Counted from the whole stretch's first letter, positions 25,919 to 38,488 are shown. The stretch is DNA of 62,636 bases, filler included, from Asterionella formosa (GCA_002256025.1; 17 parts of 17 records of this genome joined end to end with filler, not necessarily neighbours in it); one strand, 5' to 3'. Translations and numbers: made by a program. The notes: generated by a model from the letters alone, not told the origin.

Positions 25919-28900
25919 CAGCTTCTTGCACTTCAGCTTTTGATAAATGAGTCTTCATTGCAATCAGAATCATCGCAATTCCTCCTGCATCAGCAATCAT
26001 CACCCTGTTTTTGTCATTATTGTAAGACAAGACAAAAATTGTTCCGCAACAAACTTCTTGCACAAAAAAGATGGATGAATGAGTCATCATTGCAGACAGA
26101 ATCAAAGTTATACCTCCTTCTTCATCACAAACACAATTGTACTGTCACCTCCTGCTGCAGCAATCATCACCTTGTTGTTTTCATTATTATCAGCCAAGTT
26201 CGAAAGTGCTGCACAACAAAGGTATTGAACATTAGAATTGAATGAATGAGTTTTCATCGCAGACAGAATTGTAGTGATACCTTCTGCTTTAGCAATTGTC
26301 ACCTTGTTGTTGTCATTATTGTAAGACAAGACAATAAGTGCTCTACAACCAGCTTCTTGCACAACAAAATTTTGGATGAATGAGTCTTCATCGCAGACAG
26401 AATCAAAGTTATACCTCCCTCTTCAGTAATCGTTACCCTGTTCTTGTCATTATTAACAGCCAAGTTGCTAAGTGTACCACAACCATACTCTTGCACATCA
26501 TCATTGGGGGAATGAGTCTTCATTGCAAACAGAATCGTAGTGATACCTCTTGCTTCAGCAATTGCCACCCTGTTCTTTTCATTCAAAGCCAAGTTCTGAA
26601 GTGCTGCACATCCATAGTGTTGCATATTGATATTATATGGATGACTTTCCATCCGAGACACAATCATAGCAGTACCTCCTTCATCATTAATCATCACCTG
26701 GTTGTTGTCATTCTCAGCCAATTTCCAAAGTGCTGCACAACCATACTCTTGCACATCCGCCCTGGAGGAATGAGTTATCATAGCTTCAAGAATTGTAGTG
26801 ATACCTCCTGCTTTGGCAATCGCCATCCTGTTCTTGTCATAATTCACAGCCAAATTCTGAAGTGTTGCACAACCATTTTGTTGCACATCGGCATTACTCG
26901 GATGAGTCTTCATAGCAGAAAGAATCATTGCGATACCTCCTGCATCAGCAATTGCCACGCCAACGTCCTGAAGTTTACTAATGATATCCGCCCAACAACG
27001 ATGGCGCTCTTCTGGATTTCTCTTCAGCAATCTTATAAGCAGAGGTTTCATGGGATTCCAGTCATTGTTGTCCCGCACAAAGGTATCGACCTTTTTAACA
27101 CAATCTTCGTCACTCCAATTTACTATTTTCTTTAGCTCGTCCAGCGATGATACTTCTTCACGAATTGTCACAAGAAAAAGTTGACCACCAGTGCAGAGAT
27201 AATAAAGAAGGACTCCAAAGCACCACATGTCATATTGGGAACTGACTTTAACTCTATCTGTAGCAACCTGACCTATGTGCTTATTGTACTCAACAGCAGC
27301 CTGTTCGGGAGGCAAGTATCCAGAGCTTGTTTGCTTCTGACCAGCCTCTTCCAAGCCAATTAATGCCGCATTGTCAAGATCGATTGCAGCATATCCAACA
27401 CCCTCACCACAAGACACAAAATTTGGAGCCTTCACATCTCCGTGCATAACATTACACTCTTCATTAAGAAACTTAAGGCACTTGGCAATTTGGATTGCAA
27501 TGTAACGCACTGCATGCACGTCCTTGCCTGCAATGTTTTGACGTGATATAACATCACTGAGGTCATTCTTATTCCCACAATCCATGACTAGGAGATGATT
27601 GAATTCAATGTCTCCTTGTTTCCATTCGATTGTCTGGTTACATTCAAACTTAGTATGCGGATAAGCAGATGTATTCAGCCCTTTCTTGCTGTCTGTATAT
27701 GCAGCTCTCACAGCAATTACAAATTGGGTTGCACCAACTTTGCTCCTGATCTTGTACCGCTTATCCAATTCACGCAGGAAGGCGGAACTGTCTGTAAAGA
27801 ACTTGAGAGCTACATTGGTTTCTTTTGTGTTTTCAGATTTATCATTAAATTCTGTTCCAAAATAAACTACACAGCTATCTGACAAATGCTTCTTCTCCTG
27901 TATTTGATATTTTCCTAGAAACCTTCCGTATTTATCACCCCACTCTTTGAGCTTGACAAGCTTGGACAACTTTGCCCTATCAGCAACCTTTTGCCATGTC
28001 TCTTTTTTAACTTGAGCAATGGACTGAAACGACGCTACTTTCGTTGCGCTATGTTTACAGATTGAGATTTCCAGCTGATCCTGTTCTTTGGACCCTCTCA
28101 GCTGTTCCTCTATCTGGAATAATATATTGGCCGCATCACCAGTTCCAAGATCCACCAAGATTTCCAAAACGGTCCAGTTAGTTACTGGTTCGTGATTCAA
28201 ATCGAGGAGTGGGAGAGTCCTGCTTCGATCAAATTCATTGATGGCGAGCACCCAAAAGAAAAAGCCCAGCGGCCCTGGAATGGAAGAAAAGCTCCACCTC
28301 TCTGGAACTTTCTTAGCTTGGGGTGTGTATAGCATGCACAATTGCTTGAGGTTGTCAACGTCATTTAGGGATGCACACAAACACCGCAAAACCTTATACC
28401 AAATTTCAATAGGACTGGACAGTTTATTTTGCAACATGTACTGTTCGATAGACAGATTGCCATCTCCAAAATCAAGGGTTGCATATTTCTTTATCGATTG
28501 AAGGAGCCTGGAAACACAATATTTAAATGGACTTAAACTCGTTTCATTATCAAGAGTGTTCGTCGCATCTGGGTGTTTCTTAATCAAAATACAGACCACC
28601 TCAAAATCAGGATAATCTCCTTGTTGCAAAGCGAGAAGAAGAGGTGACTGCAGGTTTGGAGTGCCATAGTTTGCAACTGAATCTGGGTATTTTATTATGA
28701 TCTGCTCGATCTCTGGAGCTTTCTCACCTCGAAAAATTGCCAAATGAAGTGGAATAAAGGGCATTTTCATGGAGTTAATGGCATTGGGATATTTGTCCAC
28801 AATAGCTTGGATGGATTCAAGTGATACTAGCTTTTCCTCTCCTAGACCACGGTCAAGAGGAGTCTCACCATCGTTGGATTTTCTTGTCACCGCTTCAGGG

Positions 28901-29511
28901 CAAGCTTCCAAAAGGGCATTTATAATTTCCACTGGTGCCCGGACTTTCATGCCAAGGTGCAGTGGAGTGTTACCCTTGTCATCTTTCATTGTTGTGACAT
29001 CAGGACAGGCATCCAAAAGGGCCTTGATAACCACCACATTGGCCCCTTCTTCTATTCCAAGGTGCAACAGAGTGTTTCCATGGCAGTCTTGCACCTTTGC
29101 AGCTTCAGGACAAGCTTTCAACTGGGCTTCAATATTATCCACCCTGATCAGGGTTGTTTCCTCTAAGATCAGGGCTGCTGCTACATACCTGTAACATTGA
29201 AAAACATTATCATCAAAGTTCTCCGAGTTGAGAAAGTCCTTGCTTCTTATCTGAACTGCTCTTTGGATTTTATTAAGTAAGCTATCACCAATTGAATTAC
29301 TGTTGAGATCAAGTTCAGTCAAGACAGTATTGACCTTGAGAGCCTCTGCAATGGCCTTGGCTCCGTCATCACCAATTGAATTATCATAGAGATTAAGTGT
29401 AGTCAAGACAGTATTGACCTTGAGAGCCTCTGCAATGGACTTGGCTCCGTCAACACCAATTGAATTACTCATGAGATTAAGTGTAGTCAAGAAAGGATTG
29501 ACCTTGAGAGC
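25919..29511 (-). CDS. Multidomain LRR - ankyrin - protein kinase - armadillo repeat protein; partial at both ends, distal ARM repeats frameshifted
   Basis: 28-aa RI-type LRRs (LTTLNLYDNSIGDDGAKAIAEALKVN), ankyrin repeats (GNTLLHLG, GNTPLHLG, GETPLD), a kinase (VALKF, VMHGDVKAPN, IDLD, GYLPPE, DMWCFGVLLY) and ~43-aa ARM repeats (GGITTILSAMKTH...VQEYGC.AL.NLA). The main ORF is 26299-29511; ARM repeats continue in other frames to 25919. Confidence 0.9.
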
Positions 29512-32500
29512 CTNNNNNNNNNNNNNNNNNNNNNNNNNNNNNNNNNNNNNNNNNNNNTTAATTAATTAANNNNNNNNNNNNNNNNNNNNNNNNNNNNNNN
29601 NNNNNNNNNNNNNGGGCAAGTAAATTTTTCTTCTCTGCACCATTGCTTGCCAACTGTTGGCAATGAGCTGGATGATGTGGATCAACAATCAACAACACCA
29701 GTCCGAACCGCTCTTCAGAAAAACGAAGAATTAAGGTGGTTCATAGACTTGTAGCATAATACCACAATTCTGCCAAATGGATATGTGTTCCCACCATGTG
29801 TGGAGTCTGCGCCACCTCTGTTGGCGTACTGCACTGGAAACCTTGCTTGAGTCGCGAGCTCCCCGGGTAGTGTTTACTGTTTGTTCCATCCTGCTTAGCA
29901 TGTGGCCTGTACAGATGTTCGAGTCACACCATAAGCAAGTTATGCTCAAGGTGAAGCAGAAATACCACTGTAAACTGCTACTCAATAGTCCAATGGATAC
30001 TACAATACCCGGTACATAGGTACTCTCTTGCAGTGGCGCATATGAAAAATCTGCGTTGATATTTTGCATTTCAGGAAAATGAAAGACTGCACGGTGTAAA
30101 TGTTTTACGCGATATCTCCTCATTTATGATCAAAACATTGACCGGTATACTAAAGTTATTATCATTCACTCTGGACGATCATATAAAAATACGCTGTTCC
30201 TCTGACGTCAATCCCACAAACATTTTCATACATACATAGACTGATAAAGCTAATTATGATGGTTTAGTCGAATGATTCAAATGAGCGGGACGAAGAAGTG
30301 CGTGGTGGCCGGTCATGACAAAACAGTTCTTTTTTAGTGGAAGAGTAAAGTGTTTTGTACGTACAGTTATACAAAATAATGCATGGAGTAATATTATTGC
30401 ATGCATTTGCTTATTTTAGGAGGAGAAGTAAATGCATGCAACCCAACCCAACCCAACGCAACGCAGCTTGCAGTTAAGTCTGGTGTCCCTCTACATATTA
30501 ACTACTCCAGTACCAGCAAGTTGCAGTCATTTTGCTTAAAAAAACAATTTAATAACTTCCAGGTAGCAGGTATATTATCATCCTTGAACACATCCTCACA
30601 TGATGCACTGCTGGCATGGACTAGAAGACAAGTCGTGGATCCTTTATGATTCTTCAGATCATTTTCGGCTTAACTCATGGTTCCTTGAGTATTTGGTTGC
30701 GGTTCTCCAGGCGGATGATTGTCAAAGTGCTTCCGACTAATGAAGATGTCATTGTTGGACTACCTACTGCAGCCAAACCACTTTAATTGCATCCATGATT
30801 CATAAGAAGTACCCTTTGATAAACAATTGTTGGAGAGCAATGGATTGTCTGAAACTCACATTCATGTCATCCAATTGGAAGATGTGTCAGAACAGTGTCC
30901 AACGTTCAACCTAAACCAATGCCCCCGACTCTGTAGGTTGCGGCGGGCCTTTCGAATTGTTGGTGGTTGATTTCACCTGCTATTGATACCCACAGTTGTC
31001 CTTTTTGTAACTCTTTGTACGGTTTCACTTGCATTGTGACGCGACGAATTACTGCCATTGTTCCTTGATGAAAGATGAGAGACACCAATCAGAGAGCCAC
31101 CAGAGGCATCAGCCCGGCTGCCTTCATCGGCATCGTCTTCTTTCTCTTCCTCATCTTGGGATTGCAACTCTTGTTCCTGCTCGAGACGGCGACGTTCTCG
31201 CAGCCTTGGGGAAGAACAAGGGACACCCTCTCTGGCTGGTCTCCCTTGACCGCTGGAAGAGGATGATGACATCGTCGCAATGATCTGAAACAGAGTATGA
31301 CAACGATGTAAAAAAGGCTGATTGATGTGAACATATAGATGCATATTACCATCAGGTACCTATTTTGGCGAGAGCAAGCCATTTCGGGTATGAGCACGCA
31401 ACACGTCATGAAATATTCCGGGAAATCATATGTATTCATACATGGATAGTAGACATATTTCTAACTGTAAAAAATTTGTTCAACACAAACAAAAAATTTG
31501 GTGTAATGAGCACAGTAATTTATGTAATAATACACGTTGTATAATAATATTTTTTAATTTTGAAGTGCGCCCAGCATACCATGCATGATAATTTCTTCGC
31601 TAAAAGTTTGAAAAAATTTAGTTTTTGCTGATATCAGGTCTAAAATAATTTGCTCTGACAACGATTCTATATCGAGGTGGTTGCGAACCGGAGTTACCAA
31701 ATTTGGGCAACACAAACACAAATTTTGGGGTAATGAGTACAGTAATTTATGTTATAATACACATGATATAATTTTTTTTAATTTCGAAGCGCAGCGCCCA
31801 TTAATTTATTTTAAATTATTATCTGTTTCTTAGCCCATTCCTACTCCCCTTTTTCAAGGCAAGTATTATTGTGCTGCCTGCCAACAAGACCTGTGCTTCC
31901 TTACTAGTTTCGTTAGCATAGGTGAGTCCCCAACCACCTTTCACAACAGGTGGTCGTCTTATCAAGCTATTGTTCTTTGTCATTGCGTCCAATTGTGGGT
32001 TTCTGATTTTACTGTTTTAGCTATATCTAAACAAATGTAGTGGCTACAATTAAAATCGTTTACAATACGCTAGCGACTATTCGATTCTGTCTATTTGACT
32101 AGTATACAATAACAAATGAGGGAGAGATGACATGATCACTGTCATCAAATCATCAGCAATTTGTATCAAAATGCAGATGCATGAGGAGGACCCGCCCATT
32201 ATTCTTCGAACCATCTATTCTCTACATACATACGAAGTGGGATACCAGGTGTAACAGTAGAACAACGGCAACTTGAATTCAATTATATGGAATGCGCAAC
32301 CACGAAAGTGGTGATGATGGGACGGAAGAAAACGACGGTATGCTCGTTTTGATGAAATCACCGTTAAATATCAGGAGATTTCGTCCATGTAGGTGCAACA
32401 ACTGTAGAAAGTATACCGAACTACAGTTATTCTATTCCAGTTATAATTATGATAGTGACAAGTTGTGTTCGGTTTCCCGCAAATATTTGGGTGGCCGGCC

Positions 32501-33045
32501 GATGTAAACCGGCATTTGGCGATATGTGCATGTTGGGAATAGAATATATATATATGTTGAATTGGGTTCGAATAGTTTAATCTAATGCTAATAATTTATT
32601 TACAGAAACAGTGTATATGTTCACGTGTATGTAACTAATAACGAATGCATTTTTCGAGTAAGCCTATCCTAACGTAGAATGATCGTATGTTAGCAACGTA
32701 ATCAGTCATAAGCGAACAGCAAAGACGCTAGTGGTGCCGGCGATTTGATGCAATTATTTTCAACCAAAGGGAGGAGTAAGTAGAACGGCAATGACGACTA
32801 AATATTTGCTGCTCCTGGCTGCTATCATTTTCTTTTTTCACGCACTGCAGGAATAATTCTTAAACGCTATTCATGGTCTAGTAATATTTTATCTACAACA
32901 CTATATCCGTCGTGACGCGCGTAAATAAATCCCGGTAAAGAACATATTTTCATTTATTCTACATATGCGACTATGACAATGAATGCCATATTGTTTTCCG
33001 GACTCACATGGCATGTGCTATAAGAATAGTGTATCACTACTACCG

Positions 33046-33109
33046 GTATCATCCTCAAATCATTAACAACACCATAAGTATCATCCTCAAATCATTAACA
33101 ACACCATAA
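33046..33109. repeat. Perfect 32-bp tandem duplication just upstream of a gene start
   Basis: GTATCATCCTCAAATCATTAACAACACCATAA occurs twice. ATG at 33170 begins MKLVGMFLFVL (signal-peptide-like), which is cut by the contig end. Confidence 0.85.
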
Positions 33110-33908
33110 AAAGAATACAAAACTTCCACAAAGTTGATTTCATTGCTACTTCTTTCAGTCGATATCAACATGAAGCTTGTGGGGATGTTTCTTTTCGTTC
33201 TCGTNNNNNNNNNNNNNNNNNNNNNNNNNNNNNNNNNNNNNNNNNNNNTTAATTAATTAANNNNNNNNNNNNNNNNNNNNNNNNNNNNNNNNNNNNNNNN
33301 NNNNGGTGTATGCTCATATGTATGCGAAAGCGGTTTTCAAAACAGTTTTCCAGTGCAGGAATTCTTATGCATGGTAAAAGTTAGAAAGTACAACTACCGT
33401 AAGGATCAGGACCAACAAACAAATCTTGCTGTTCGGCAGTTGGTTAGCCACTAAGTAGGGACAAAGATTAAAAATCGTTGAAATAATAATGTCTCGTTAG
33501 TAAAGACTTGAAATATTACTTCCCATTTACAATGATATGGACGACTGCCTATCGAACATGCTGCCATTGTCGCTCTAGCCTAAAGGGACATTTCCAGTAA
33601 ATCTTAACCGGCCATCTGAAATCGATTTTTGATACCAGTATTCCTGTAAGTCCTACCGTGCTTTTATGCTGAAATAGGATGCTATTGATGGACGAGACAT
33701 TTTCCTCGTCGTGACTGAACAATGACGCAACAGTCACTAGAAATCCTTCAACTTTATTCGTACAACTAAACGAAGGACCGAAAACGAGAATGCCTCTTAT
33801 ATGGTAGGGACTCGTGTGTGCTTGTTCTTTTGGTTAGTTCCATCAAGATGAGGATCATAAAATTCCAAAGAGGACAACAAACGGTAGTCTTCCATATCAA
33901 ACAAGACA

Positions 33909-34382
33909 ATGAATGATTATAATTCCAAATTTCGCGAGCAACAACTGGAGAATTGCAATCCTCAGAATTCTACCGAGATGAGGAAGGATTTGATGCAATC
34001 GCTCAGTTTTCAAGCATCAAAAATGATTGAGATGCACCGATCAAATTCACCCATGCCATTGGTTTCGATAGAAACTGCGATGCTCGCTGATAGACAGAAA
34101 CGAGTTCGGTTCCGCCTTCCCGGAGGCCTGGATGCATCATTACTCGTATTGAAAATTTCAGATACTGATTCTGAAACGTACACACCGCCTCCAAAGAGAC
34201 GGCGCTTTGAGCGACGCAACTCACAAACAGCAGCGATGCTTTCAATGATACAGCAAGATTTCAATTCTAGCATCTCCTCCCTTGATGATTCATTGAATGA
34301 TAGCGATTCCTGGGGCGCATCAACAGACTCTACCATTTTTTTGGCAGAGAATATTGTTCAAAACTTTACGAAACAGCGTTAA
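33909..34382 (+). CDS. Hypothetical 157-aa low-complexity protein with a basic NLS-like motif
   Basis: Intact ORF with a good start context (ACAATG). Contains PPPKRRRFERRNSQTAAML, an RRxxRRNS-type motif I recall from diatom hypothetical proteins. Confidence 0.65.
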   Translation: MNDYNSKFREQQLENCNPQNSTEMRKDLMQSLSFQASKMIEMHRSNSPMPLVSIETAMLADRQKRVRFRLPGGLDASLLVLKISDTDSETYTPPPKRRRFERRNSQTAAMLSMIQQDFNSSISSLDDSLNDSDSWGASTDSTIFLAENIVQNFTKQR

Positions 34383-34661
34383 CGAAGGAGCTTGTCTTGT
34401 GAATGATTCGCAAAACATTGGACCAAGCCGAATGAATATATAAATATATAATAGTTAATTTTATAATCAAGTTCATTTCATTTTTATAATCGTTTACATG
34501 TTGGAATGACACCAAAGACCTCGGATAACGTATCATGACTTCTAAAGGGAATCACTAATGTAAAAGAATACATTGGCAAGGAACAATGTGGTGCATGTAC
34601 GATCGATCTGGTAGGGACGAAGCGATGGATGTAACAAGGGAGAGTGATGCAAAGCGAAAAT

Positions 34662-36217
34662 CGGTGGTACCAGTCAAAAACTGCTTAAGACCATTATGAA
34701 CTGCTTAGAACACCATAACGGGGTAATCTTACATTTTGAACTGCAAACTTTTCAATTTTAACAATACTGCAATATTTACTATCAACAAGTCATTTGTTTC
34801 ACGCATCTACATATAAGATGTCTCAACGCCCGATCGATGTTGCGAAGAAGTACCAAACCTCGAGCAAGTACATAGTTATTTGAAAGTCTCTAGATAAGGA
34901 TTTAGTAAAGCTTGTTCTAAACAACAATGTCAGAGAAGTAGACGCTAGAAAGGCTAACGGTGGAGGAGTTGTTTTACCAAGTTTTGCTATTGCTAGCTAA
35001 ATTATTATTTGCAGACAAAGTTGACACAGTAACGTGGCTAACAAAAGATATGGTGAAGTACTCTTTGAAGAAATTGAATAATGACAATAAAGATCTAGTA
35101 GTAGGGGGTTTGAATTCTATAGTGCTATTGGATTGTTCCCCAACAGAACGAATCGAAACTAGCAGTACACTTACCTTTGGAACCAGAGCCACCACTACTG
35201 CATCGTCCACTTTGACACCAGTTACATGTGATGCAGATAAACACAGCAGTGTGAGAAACAATAATCTAGCCGATAGACCGGAACAGCATGAGACTCAACA
35301 ACAAACACAACTTTCCGGTGAAAAGGGGGGAGGACAAATACAAACGAAAAAAGAGTTCCATTGAGACCATGAAACTTGCTTCAGCACCACAAGCATGTGG
35401 TCGGCATCAATCTTGATCGGATGGCTTGCCAGTTAGCGCTATTGGCGATCGCGCAAAATAAAAGGTATATGGCAGGACTTCATGTGGCGGCTGGACGCTT
35501 TAAACTGGGAACGGAAGCACTGGACGATATGAGTAGGAGAAAAGAAGAGCAGAGTAGAAGGAGAGTGAGAAAGCGAATAAGAAAGTTATGGATTATAAAG
35601 TAACATTGAACGAGGTGCAAGCGATCAGAGCACTCAACAAACGGCCACACAAATGGACGGCGGCGCAAACAAAAACAATCGTGTTGGGGTACAAACGAAT
35701 TGGCGATGCACCATGCATAACCTGCAACGAAACAACCACTGCTTACCGAGTATGTTGATACAATCAGAGGTGGCGATGCACCAGTCCCAGTTGCCGTAGC
35801 AATACTGCCACCATCGGCCTCAGCTGCAGAGGATGACGAGGATGCAGTTGTGATTATGGAGTGACTTCTGTGTTGTTTGCACAATGAATCGACGTCAGTT
35901 GACACCAGATATTTGAGAAAATATGGAAAACGAGGTAATATTTTCTAACCGTTTACCATCAAAAATACTAATACATGAAGAAATATATATGAATGGCTTT
36001 AGACCACTAAAATGCAAAATAAAATCAACGACTTAAAATGTTCGATATCGCAAGATATATCCTTCCAATTGTTGAAGATTCATTTATCTAGTACTTGCAT
36101 GCATTAGTTGACCTCTATTCAAAGGGTTTTAAATGGGGTCGGCTGAACATTTTTCTAATTTTAGTCCCAAAACGGGGTAATATGGTGGTCTTAAGCAGTT
36201 TTTGACTGGAACCACTG
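34662..36217. mobile_element. 1.56-kb non-autonomous TIR DNA transposon
   Basis: Left end CGGTGGTACCAGTCAAAAACTGCTTAAGACCA (34662-34693). Reverse complement of the right end CAGTGGTTCCAGTCAAAAACTGCTTAAGACCA (36186-36217). 30 of 32 bases match. No transposase motif and no clear TSD. Confidence 0.85.
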
Positions 36218-36289
36218 GTACTGTGTGCTTGTCATCAACATACCGGTAGCTATGACTAACAGTCGACTCAGCAGATGATTTCATTCTGC

Positions 36290-36558
36290 TATAATGAGCT
36301 GGACAGTATAGACCATTTGGAAGACCAATGGTTTGAATCGAATGATCAATGGTTATAGACTTATGATCAATAAGTGTGAGATAGACATGGGTCTATCTAT
36401 GAATTTATGTTCTGGTGACAAATGCAAACTCAAACTGAACAAACCTAACTAGTTTGCTTAGTAACTCACAATAAGAATCTAGAAACAAAATAATGTCTTG
36501 TTCTATAGTATTCTTTGTCTAACGATAGATCTATCAACTAAAAGGTAATACTTTAACA
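36290..36558 (+). mobile_element. Partial solo/3' LTR of the Copia family at 61900-62636
   Basis: Collinear with 62020-62320 and ends AAAGGTAATACTTTAACA. It is not followed by the palindrome or by gag. Confidence 0.85.
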
Positions 36559-36607
36559 CCATGGAGTATATTAGAGGTTGTGTGGATGAGGTATACCAGG
36601 TAGCTCT

Positions 36608-36891
36608 GTGGGTATTCGCTTCTTCTCTCATATGATGAATGATCAGGATGGATCAAAAAACTACAAGCCCAGACATGTGTATACAAATCCTGAGGATTTT
36701 GATGTGTGTCCAATCACTGCTTTGTTTGAGTACATGTGTGTCAACCCAGATATTATCCAAAACCCTGATGGGCCACTCTTGCTTTCCAGGTGCAAATCAA
36801 GAGGATCGCTTTAGAAAGATTCTCAAGCAACTTTTCAAGAAGCATGAGGGGAATCTATATGGGTATGATATTGATGAACTAGGCACCCACA
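36608..36891 (+). mobile_element. CryptonS-type tyrosine recombinase fragment (frameshifted, cut by the contig end)
   Basis: FSHMMNDQDGSK...PRHVYTNP...CPITAL...(frameshift)FPGANQEDRF...ELGTH, which leads into the HxxR motif. This matches the stramenopile Crypton YR pattern as I recall it. Confidence 0.8.
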
Positions 36892-37373
36892 NNNNNNNNN
36901 NNNNNNNNNNNNNNNNNNNNNNNNNNNNNNNNNNNTTAATTAATTAANNNNNNNNNNNNNNNNNNNNNNNNNNNNNNNNNNNNNNNNNNNNTGTATGACC
37001 ACCAGTGTGATGATCAGCAGATATCCTCAATTGATTGGCAATCTAATCTGTGGCACTGTTCTATCTGGAATATATACCTCATACATTTTGTCAATTTGCA
37101 ATGTGGCAGTGAAAAAAACGCAGCTCAAAGTAGGGCAGTCATCATATCCCACACAACGCTTTGCCAAGCAACAATACTCTACCTTTCTTACTATATCCTG
37201 CTCAACCCTTTTAAAATTTTCAGCAACCTTACAAACCTAATTCCAACTTTTTGCATTCCTACCACAGAACAAATAGTTTTTGGTGTAACAGATGGTTCCT
37301 ACATTGCTACTTTTCTCGCAAATCATAGAAATCAAGAAAGATGGAGATTAAGGCTATGCTGGATGGTGTGGTT

Positions 37374-37737
37374 GCAAGAAAGGTTGCTCAATACATTTCC
37401 GACAATGAAGACAGAAGGCAAGTTTGTAAGAAAGATATCAGTGTGAATGCTATTGTAAAAGCAATGTCACACGTTGTACTAGAAAGTACAAAGTCGTCAA
37501 TCTGTTCTTACCCTGTACAAATTATGAAGTCCCCTCGTCTGAGTGAGAATCCAGCCGACATTTTGCCAGCGAAAGTATTCAAGCTGACATGGCTGCCGAC
37601 TGTCTAACTGCATCCCTACTATGCACCTGGAGACGGATTGGTACCTCAAGTGAAAGCAAGAAAGGTTGCTCAATACATTTCCGACAATGAAGACAGAAGG
37701 CAAGTGTGTATAGCATTAGGAACATAGCATTAGGAAC
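37374..37737 (+). repeat. 50-bp perfect direct repeat (37374-37423, 37656-37705) plus a 14-bp tandem duplication at the gag breakpoint
   Basis: GCAAGAAAGGTTGCTCAATACATTTCCGACAATGAAGACAGAAGGCAAGT occurs twice. ATAGCATTAGGAAC occurs twice at 37710-37737. Confidence 0.9.
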
Positions 37738-38488
37738 ATAGCGAGCCTTGAGGTAGGTCCAAGCAAGGAATGCATCGCCGTCTTGATGATTCTTTGTCTT
37801 TGCTTGGTTAACCAAACCAAACGCAATCCCAGTGCAACTCATAATCAGGAGCTGGATTGCGCGATCGTTCATCTCGTAGATCTTCTCAACATCGTCGTTG
37901 TCTGTAGTTTCGTAGACAGCATCGCTGCATGGATTGGTATCCTTCATGTAGGCATTCTTGAATCCTCTTGTCTTGGCTAGTGCAAGTGTCTTCACACTCC
38001 AATCATGCCAATTGGCGTCCTAGCCATCAAACTTCACAAGGCGAATGGTCTCACCTTTGTCTTCAGTCATGTTGCAAAACGAAGTTGATCCGCTTGCAAG
38101 CGTGTTAAATTCTTCTGCAGTCTGACTGCAATGCTAGCTCTTTCTAGGCAAGCTCAGTGTATTAAAACCTTCTGTTCTAATCCCACCTTATTGTGAGCTT
38201 ATTTGATCTATCTTGTAATCTTTCATATGAACAATTATTAAGGTTCTCTTCCCAAATTTGTATATAGATATTCAATGTGTTGTTAGACATTCAATTCTCA
38301 ACTGACAACTCAACTCCACTCACTTAGTAGAACAATCGTGAATATTCAATGCCATCTGCATTGCATGTATACCTTTCCTTCATTGAAATATTGATTACTT
38401 AGAACATTCTCCATTCGAATATTTACCTTGGTTTGCTGATATAGTTCTTGGCAATCAATGCTGTTCAAATTCTCACAGCATTTCAATA
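37724..38488 (-). mobile_element. Truncated Ty1/Copia 5' end: LTR (~38103-38488), 12-bp palindrome (38091-38102) and gag N-terminus from 38070
   Basis: MTEDKGETIRLVKFDG*DANWHDWSVKTLALAK...QLLIMSCTGIAFGLVNQAKT...DAFLAW..LKARY (Copia gag/UBN2-like). The LTR ends ...TTTAACA and shares CTCACAATAAG with the 61900 LTR. The LTR 5' boundary is approximate. Confidence 0.85.

Noticed and set aside
26362..26375. Programmed -1 frameshift at AAAATTTT in the ARM region
   Set aside because: The run is not in the X XXY YYZ phase, and a second lesion follows downstream.
24863..29511. Fucosyltransferase and repeat-kinase as a gene cluster
   Set aside because: They are separated by an artificial linker and lie on different contigs.
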